A stretch of DNA of 32,000 nucleotides from Acaryochloris marina MBIC11017 (GTDB lineage: Bacteria; Cyanobacteriota; Cyanobacteriia; Thermosynechococcales; Thermosynechococcaceae). Below are positions 27,421 through 32,000 of this stretch, piece by piece. Location of the stretch: the NCBI RefSeq assembly GCF_000018105.1, contig NC_009925.1, forward strand, positions 1 to 32,000, read 5' to 3'. The translations under genes were made by a program, and so were the position numbers. Under the pieces are notes generated by a model. The model ran no database searches, was not told where the DNA came from, and was given only the letters and a program-made list of their open reading frames with translations. Numbering within the stretch: position 1 is the stretch's first letter; every line of letters begins with the position of its first letter.

Positions 27421-28374
27421 CTATTCAGAAGACCAACGAGCATTCTCATCCAGCCATGCCCCTAAAGGTTGAGCCATGGATGCTGTCCCTTGGGTATTGC
27501 GAAATAACATGGTGAAAGCACCTGCTCCCAAACCTGACTGGGGCCATATCCGATAACAAGGTAGGTCCGTTAGGTGAGATTGAAAAGCCAACAAGGCATC
27601 AACCGTTTGAGGTTCGAAGTTGGGGAAGCGGCGAGTAAACCAGCGACAGACCTGCTCATTCTCCGCTTCAGAGAACGCACAGGTCATATAGGCCAAATAT
27701 CCTCCCGGCACCACCAAACGGGAGGCATTAGCGAGGATGCGTCTTTGTCGCTTCACATTATGTTGGATAGACGCGGGATGAAAACAACCGGGCGCAGACT
27801 CCCCCTTTGCTAACAAAGATTGCCCCGTACAAGGGGCATCAACTAACACCACATCAGCACTGGCAGGAATCGCTTCAGCTAGTACTGATGGATCCGCGCT
27901 CAACACCCGCACAGGTGCAATTTGACATCGTTTCAAATTGCTAATGAGCATTCCCACCCGTTTACCAATCACTTCGTTACTCACCAGTAAGTGGGGCTGT
28001 AGGAATCGCCAAGCTAAAAGGCTTTTCCCTCCCGGAGCTGCACACAGATCGAGCACGACTTTAGGCTTTTTCCGAATAACCGTGAGAGGAGTTGCGGCAA
28101 ATACCGAGGAGAAATCTAGGCAATAATAGGCTCCCTGGTGATGCAAATCATGCTTTCCGGGACGCTCTCCCACTGCCAGTCGATCCACAAAGGGAAGCTG
28201 CCAAGGAAGAGCGTCAACCCGCTGAAAGGAGGCTTTTTCTGATCGCCCTTTGATCCAAGCAATACAAGGGCTATAGGGCTGTGGCTCCGTCAATGCCTGT
28301 ATAAATGCTTGTTGTTGCTGAGGGTCAGGCCATAACTTCAGACTAAATTTTGTCAACAACTTAGACACAGTCAA
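27421..28374 (-). CDS. SAM-dependent RNA cytosine-C5 methyltransferase, RsmB/RsmF (NOL1/NOP2/Sun) family
   Basis: DLCAAPGGKS (SAM binding), VLVDAPCTGQS and TCAFS catalytic Cys motifs. Confidence 0.8.
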   Translation of the reverse strand: MTVSKLLTKFSLKLWPDPQQQQAFIQALTEPQPYSPCIAWIKGRSEKASFQRVDALPWQLPFVDRLAVGERPGKHDLHHQGAYYCLDFSSVFAATPLTVIRKKPKVVLDLCAAPGGKSLLAWRFLQPHLLVSNEVIGKRVGMLISNLKRCQIAPVRVLSADPSVLAEAIPASADVVLVDAPCTGQSLLAKGESAPGCFHPASIQHNVKRQRRILANASRLVVPGGYLAYMTCAFSEAENEQVCRWFTRRFPNFEPQTVDALLAFQSHLTDLPCYRIWPQSGLGAGAFTMLFRNTQGTASMAQPLGAWLDENARWSSE

Positions 28375-28523
28375 TCACTTAGCATGGAGGCCAGGGCTGA
28401 GAAGATATCCCCAAACTGCCCCTTAGTATAAGGCGACAGTTTATGATTTGGGTGATTAAGGTTAACGCTTTTCCTTGTTCCGTCAACTGTTGGTTTGCAA
28501 CATTATCCCCAAGGCTGTTTGAA

Positions 28524-29159
28524 ATGTCTGTCATGCCAGAGAAACAACCCGATGTCCTAGATCAGGCGTTTGTGAAAGCAGCCCATGCTGCCTTAACGGG
28601 GTCTGCCCCCAAAACTCCGACCCAGTCCTTAATTGAATCTCTATTACAACGGGAAAAGGTAGCTCAATCTCAGTCGAATCTTAAGTTTGAGCAGTTTATA
28701 GGTGCCTGGCGACTTTGTTTTGTGACAGGAACGAAAAAACCCCATCAACATCAAAACAAAACCGTCGGTAACGGATTCTACATTCCCCGCTGGGTCAAGA
28801 TGCAAATCGTCTATTCCCCCGGCAACTCGACCGATTATGGCCCCAAAACCTCAGACACCGTTGGACAAATTGCCAACCAAGTCCATTGGGCAGGATTGAG
28901 CTTATCTTTGACTGGCCCAGCTCGTTGTTGGTCAAAAAAAAATATTATGGCCTTTGACTTTACAAGGATGGAGTTTAAGGCCTTTGGTCGGACCCTATAT
29001 CAGGGATTTATTCGAGGAGGCCAAGAGAGCGAACAAACCTTTTGGGATGGGCATGTCCGCACCCAAGCCTTTTTTGTTTATTTTCTGATTCAAGATCAGG
29101 TCCTTGCGGCTCGTGGTCGGGGAGGAGGGATTGCCCTATGGGCAAAAACCGAGACCTAG
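28524..29159 (+). CDS. Conserved hypothetical protein (possibly fibrillin/PAP-like)
   Basis: Open frame with a cyanobacterial-looking sequence ending ARGRGGGIALWAKTE. The start is placed at MSVMPEK. The family assignment is tentative. Confidence 0.45.
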   Translation: MSVMPEKQPDVLDQAFVKAAHAALTGSAPKTPTQSLIESLLQREKVAQSQSNLKFEQFIGAWRLCFVTGTKKPHQHQNKTVGNGFYIPRWVKMQIVYSPGNSTDYGPKTSDTVGQIANQVHWAGLSLSLTGPARCWSKKNIMAFDFTRMEFKAFGRTLYQGFIRGGQESEQTFWDGHVRTQAFFVYFLIQDQVLAARGRGGGIALWAKTET

Positions 29160-29247
29160 GAAATCTGTTTCACGGTCGTTTGTCCAAGAGTCGGCAAGTT
29201 AGCATCGACAAAGTTAGACAGTTAGCATAGTCTAGTTAGAGTCATTA

Positions 29248-29320
29248 GCGCTCGTAGCTCAGCGGATAGAGCAGTTGCCTTCTAAGCAATTGGTCGCAGG
29301 TTCGAGTCCTGCCGAGCGCG
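29248..29320 (+). tRNA. tRNA-Arg (anticodon UCU)
   Basis: Hand-folded cloverleaf: acceptor GCGCUCG/CGAGCGC, D arm GCUC/GAGC, anticodon stem GUUGC/GCAAU with loop CUUCUAA, T arm GCAGG-UUCGAGU-CCUGC. No encoded CCA. Confidence 0.9.
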
Positions 29321-29422
29321 TTTTACCCCTGAAAGGGTTGATTCACCTTTAATCGATGCAAATGCATTACAGTGTTCATGATCCGCTGAAGAATCAGCGA
29401 TTTGATGAGTACAGGATGACAG

Positions 29423-30424
29423 ATGGCAAAATACGACGTTTACGGTCTCGGCAACGCCCTCGTAGATATTGAATGCGAAGTTTCTGTAGAGGTCTTGCAG
29501 AACCTTGGGGTCGATAAGGGCGTGATGACCCTATTAGAAGAAGCTGATCAACAGCGAATCATTGACCATCTCAGTAGCTATTCTCTTAAGCGAGGGTGTG
29601 GTGGCTCAGCAGCTAACACCCTGATTGCCGTTAGCCAATTTGGTGGTAAATCTTGCTACTCTTGCAAAGTTGCCAATGACGAACCGGGTCAGTTTTACCT
29701 GGATGATTTGATCTGTTGTGGCGTCGATACCAATTTACAACAGCATCAGCCAGAAGCTGGCGTCACGGGCAAGTGCCTGGTTTTCGTTACCCCGGATGCG
29801 GACCGAACCATGAATACCTTTCTGGGTATCTCTGGACGCTTTTCTGAAGCTGAATTGTTGCCGGATGCGATCGCAAATTCCACCTACACCTATATCGAAG
29901 GCTACCTAGTCACCTCTCCCGATGCCAAAGCAGCTGCCATCAAAGCCAGAGACATGGCTAAAGCCGCAGGCCAAAAAGTCTCCCTGACTCTATCTGACTT
30001 CAACATGGTCAGCTTTTTCAAAGACGGTCTATTGGAGATGATTGGCTCTGGCTTAGATTTAATCTTTGCCAACGAAAGCGAAGCCCTCAAAATGGCAGAG
30101 ACCGAGGATATTTCCGCTGCCATTGACCATATGAAAACCCTGGCAACCTGTTTTGCCATCACTCGGGGTCCCCAAGGCTCATTAATTTACGATGGCCAGC
30201 AAGTCTTAGAAATTGCACCGACCCCAGTAAAGGCCATCGATACCGTTGGTGCTGGCGATATGTATGCCGGAGCTGTGCTCTATGGCATTACCAATGGCAT
30301 GAGCTATAGCGAAGCTGGACAGCTTGGATCGGTTGCCGCAGCTAAACTCGTCGCCAGTCTTGGTCCCCGCATGCCTACGGAAGTGACTCGGAGTCTTTTA
30401 ACTGAAGTAAAAACGGCTTCCTAA
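29423..30424 (+). CDS. PfkB-family sugar/nucleoside (adenosine-type) kinase
   Basis: N-terminal GLGNALVD, the GG dipeptide region, and C-terminal DTVGAGDMYAGAVLYG. Confidence 0.8.
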   Translation: MAKYDVYGLGNALVDIECEVSVEVLQNLGVDKGVMTLLEEADQQRIIDHLSSYSLKRGCGGSAANTLIAVSQFGGKSCYSCKVANDEPGQFYLDDLICCGVDTNLQQHQPEAGVTGKCLVFVTPDADRTMNTFLGISGRFSEAELLPDAIANSTYTYIEGYLVTSPDAKAAAIKARDMAKAAGQKVSLTLSDFNMVSFFKDGLLEMIGSGLDLIFANESEALKMAETEDISAAIDHMKTLATCFAITRGPQGSLIYDGQQVLEIAPTPVKAIDTVGAGDMYAGAVLYGITNGMSYSEAGQLGSVAAAKLVASLGPRMPTEVTRSLLTEVKTAS

Positions 30425-30874
30425 GACTAGGCAAGCGCTAGCACCTATCAAATACACCAACAGCGTCAAGAAGTAACCTATGGCTCTCCCTGGGGAGGGA
30501 CCATAGGTCTCCATCACGCCTACAGCATGGGCCATTCTGCCCACGCTATAGGCTATCCCCAATCCCCAAAGGAGAGGAGATGGGGCCTGCATAAGTTCTA
30601 AAACGACTAAAAACAGAATGACCAAAGGGGTGTATTCAACAAAGTTGCCAAACGCGCGTACCTTCCGTTGTAAACGGCCCTGATCAGGATTGGAAGTCAA
30701 GAACCATCCCTTCGTCAGTTTCTCAACCCAAACTGCCCATTGATTTGGCTTGTCCAGGTAGTCCCGCTGATGGGCAGTATCTTCTGGGCGCGCACCATGC
30801 CAAAGTCTAGCTTGGGCTCGCTCCAAGACAACTATGAGAGATAGGACAATTGCGAGCAAACTGTTGAGGCACAA
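30398..30874 (-). CDS. MAPEG-family membrane protein
   Basis: Four hydrophobic helices and the RAFGNFVEYTPL motif. It has a TTG start as tracked. The 3' end overlaps the convergent PfkB gene by 27 nt. Confidence 0.6.
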   Translation of the reverse strand: MCLNSLLAIVLSLIVVLERAQARLWHGARPEDTAHQRDYLDKPNQWAVWVEKLTKGWFLTSNPDQGRLQRKVRAFGNFVEYTPLVILFLVVLELMQAPSPLLWGLGIAYSVGRMAHAVGVMETYGPSPGRAIGYFLTLLVYLIGASACLVLGSRFYFS

Positions 30875-30964
30875 AAAATGCAGGATATTGGAAGAACCAT
30901 AGGATTGACATAGATTTGAACGGGTTCACCTTATCCAAATACATACTGATTTCCGAGTCCCCAA

Positions 30965-31660
30965 ATGGGTACAACTATGCGATTGACACCCTTAATCCAT
31001 GCCGTTGTCTCTGCCAAAACCGAATCTGAGTTGCGATCGCAGTTATTGAACAAGGCGGGTTATTGCACAGGATCTCAAGCTTGGGGGCTAGATCTTTTGG
31101 ACTATCAGCAAAAAATCATGGCCTCAGATCTGCAAGGACTTCCCGTATCCTTTTGCGATCGCTATCAAGCCATTGGTCGTGATCAAGACATTACCAGTCA
31201 GCAGATGCTTCGTCAGCACGTTCCTGTAAAGCTGTGCTCCCTTTCTACTCAAAAGCACCCATCCAATGGAATGGATGATCTGTTCAGGACTTACCATATC
31301 GAACATGGCGTGGTCGCTCCAATTTTAGGTTCAGGTCAATTACTGGGTGGCATCTACTTTCTGCGTCATCAAGGTTATCCTCCCTTCAAAACCAGGGATT
31401 TACTGCGTATCAGCACTTTATGCCAGCATTTAGCCGTTCAATTTACGACCCTTCGCTTCAATCACCAAGCTTCGGCGAACCACGCCGTCCTCACAGATCG
31501 AGAATTAGAGATCGTTGATCTTGTAGCCCAAGGGTTCACCAATCGAGAGATTAGTCATTACCTACACATCAGTGTAGATGGGGTGAAACAAAGATTGAAA
31601 CGTCTATATAGAAAAGTTGGTGTTGCCAATCAAGCTGCCCTAGTAGCCAAGGTGAAATAG
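30965..31660 (+). CDS. LuxR-family transcriptional regulator (N-terminal GAF-like sensor + C-terminal HTH)
   Basis: LTDRELEIVDLVAQGFTNREISHYLHISVDGVKQRLKRLYRKVGV. Confidence 0.8.
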   Translation: MGTTMRLTPLIHAVVSAKTESELRSQLLNKAGYCTGSQAWGLDLLDYQQKIMASDLQGLPVSFCDRYQAIGRDQDITSQQMLRQHVPVKLCSLSTQKHPSNGMDDLFRTYHIEHGVVAPILGSGQLLGGIYFLRHQGYPPFKTRDLLRISTLCQHLAVQFTTLRFNHQASANHAVLTDRELEIVDLVAQGFTNREISHYLHISVDGVKQRLKRLYRKVGVANQAALVAKVK

Positions 31661-31871
31661 ACCACTCAAACTTTAAATAACTTGAGCTCTAGTCTGATCT
31701 TAGGGTGGCAAATATTATGCGAAAAAGGAATATATCCTGAGAAAAAGTGAGTATTTTAACTATCAGACGCCATATAATTGATAAATTTAAATTTCAAAGT
31801 AATTTTTAGAATCAATTGGTCAATACTTCTAAATACTGCATTGGAATCATTTGTGACGGGGGGTCAACAGA

Positions 31872-32000
31872 ATGAAACGTTTGTTGGGATGGGGGAGTAT
31901 CCCCTGGCTAGCACTGGCTATCGGTAGCTTTCAAACACCAGCCCAAGCGCTAGACTCAGTACAATTTTTACTCAATGAGGGGTTTTGCCAAGCCTGTACC
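31872..32000 (+). CDS. 5' part of a secreted protein gene (runs off the window)
   Basis: ATG 31872, open for 43 codons to the window edge. Signal-peptide-like MKRLLGWGSIPWLALAIGSFQTPAQA/LD. Confidence 0.35.
   Translation, partial: MKRLLGWGSIPWLALAIGSFQTPAQALDSVQFLLNEGFCQACT

Noticed and set aside
29248-29422. tRNA-Arg as an integration hotspot for an island
   Set aside because: There is no integrase, no direct repeat of the tRNA 3' end, and no compositional break visible on either side.

Overview
This is a cyanobacterial chromosomal segment. The HIP1 octamer GCGATCGC occurs 14 times by eye, where about 0.5 would be expected by chance. I can support about 26 protein genes, one tRNA-Arg(UCU), one intact IS5-family insertion sequence with a target-site duplication, and a decayed diversity-generating retroelement (DGR). 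Most of 8-21 kb and 27-32 kb is ordinary housekeeping or signalling content: CBS protein, AroH chorismate mutase, SppA, EamA and NCS2 transporters, a response regulator / Cache-HAMP histidine kinase / REC-PAS-GGDEF-EAL operon, PIN-PhoH, RsmB/F-like methyltransferase, PfkB kinase, MAPEG and LuxR. Two loci stand out. (1) 1627-8051: a Nudix-wHTH NrtR-type regulator sits divergent from a five-gene same-strand cluster. That cluster interleaves a kinase / PP2C / vWA triad (TerY-P, E. coli YegI-PphC-YegL type) with an ADP-ribosylglycohydrolase and a nicotinamidase. Two GT-N7-AC palindromes bracket a near-consensus promoter in front of it. I am not aware of this combination being described, and it looks like an ADP-ribose/NAD-gated signalling or conflict module. 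(2) 22537-27079: a small-GTPase-TM-TPR protein is followed 25 nt later by a 1044-aa protein with an unknown N-terminal domain, a caspase (C14) domain, an EF-hand, a TM segment and seven WD40 repeats. This is a GTPase-coupled caspase system of a kind predicted by comparative genomics but not characterised experimentally. The left edge (1-1626) carries the dead DGR (5'-truncated RT with an in-frame TGA, plus an orphan Asn-codon-rich template repeat) and an AT-rich stretch with a short dispersed repeat that recurs inside locus 1. All calls come from reading the sequence and the ORF translations. No database search was run.
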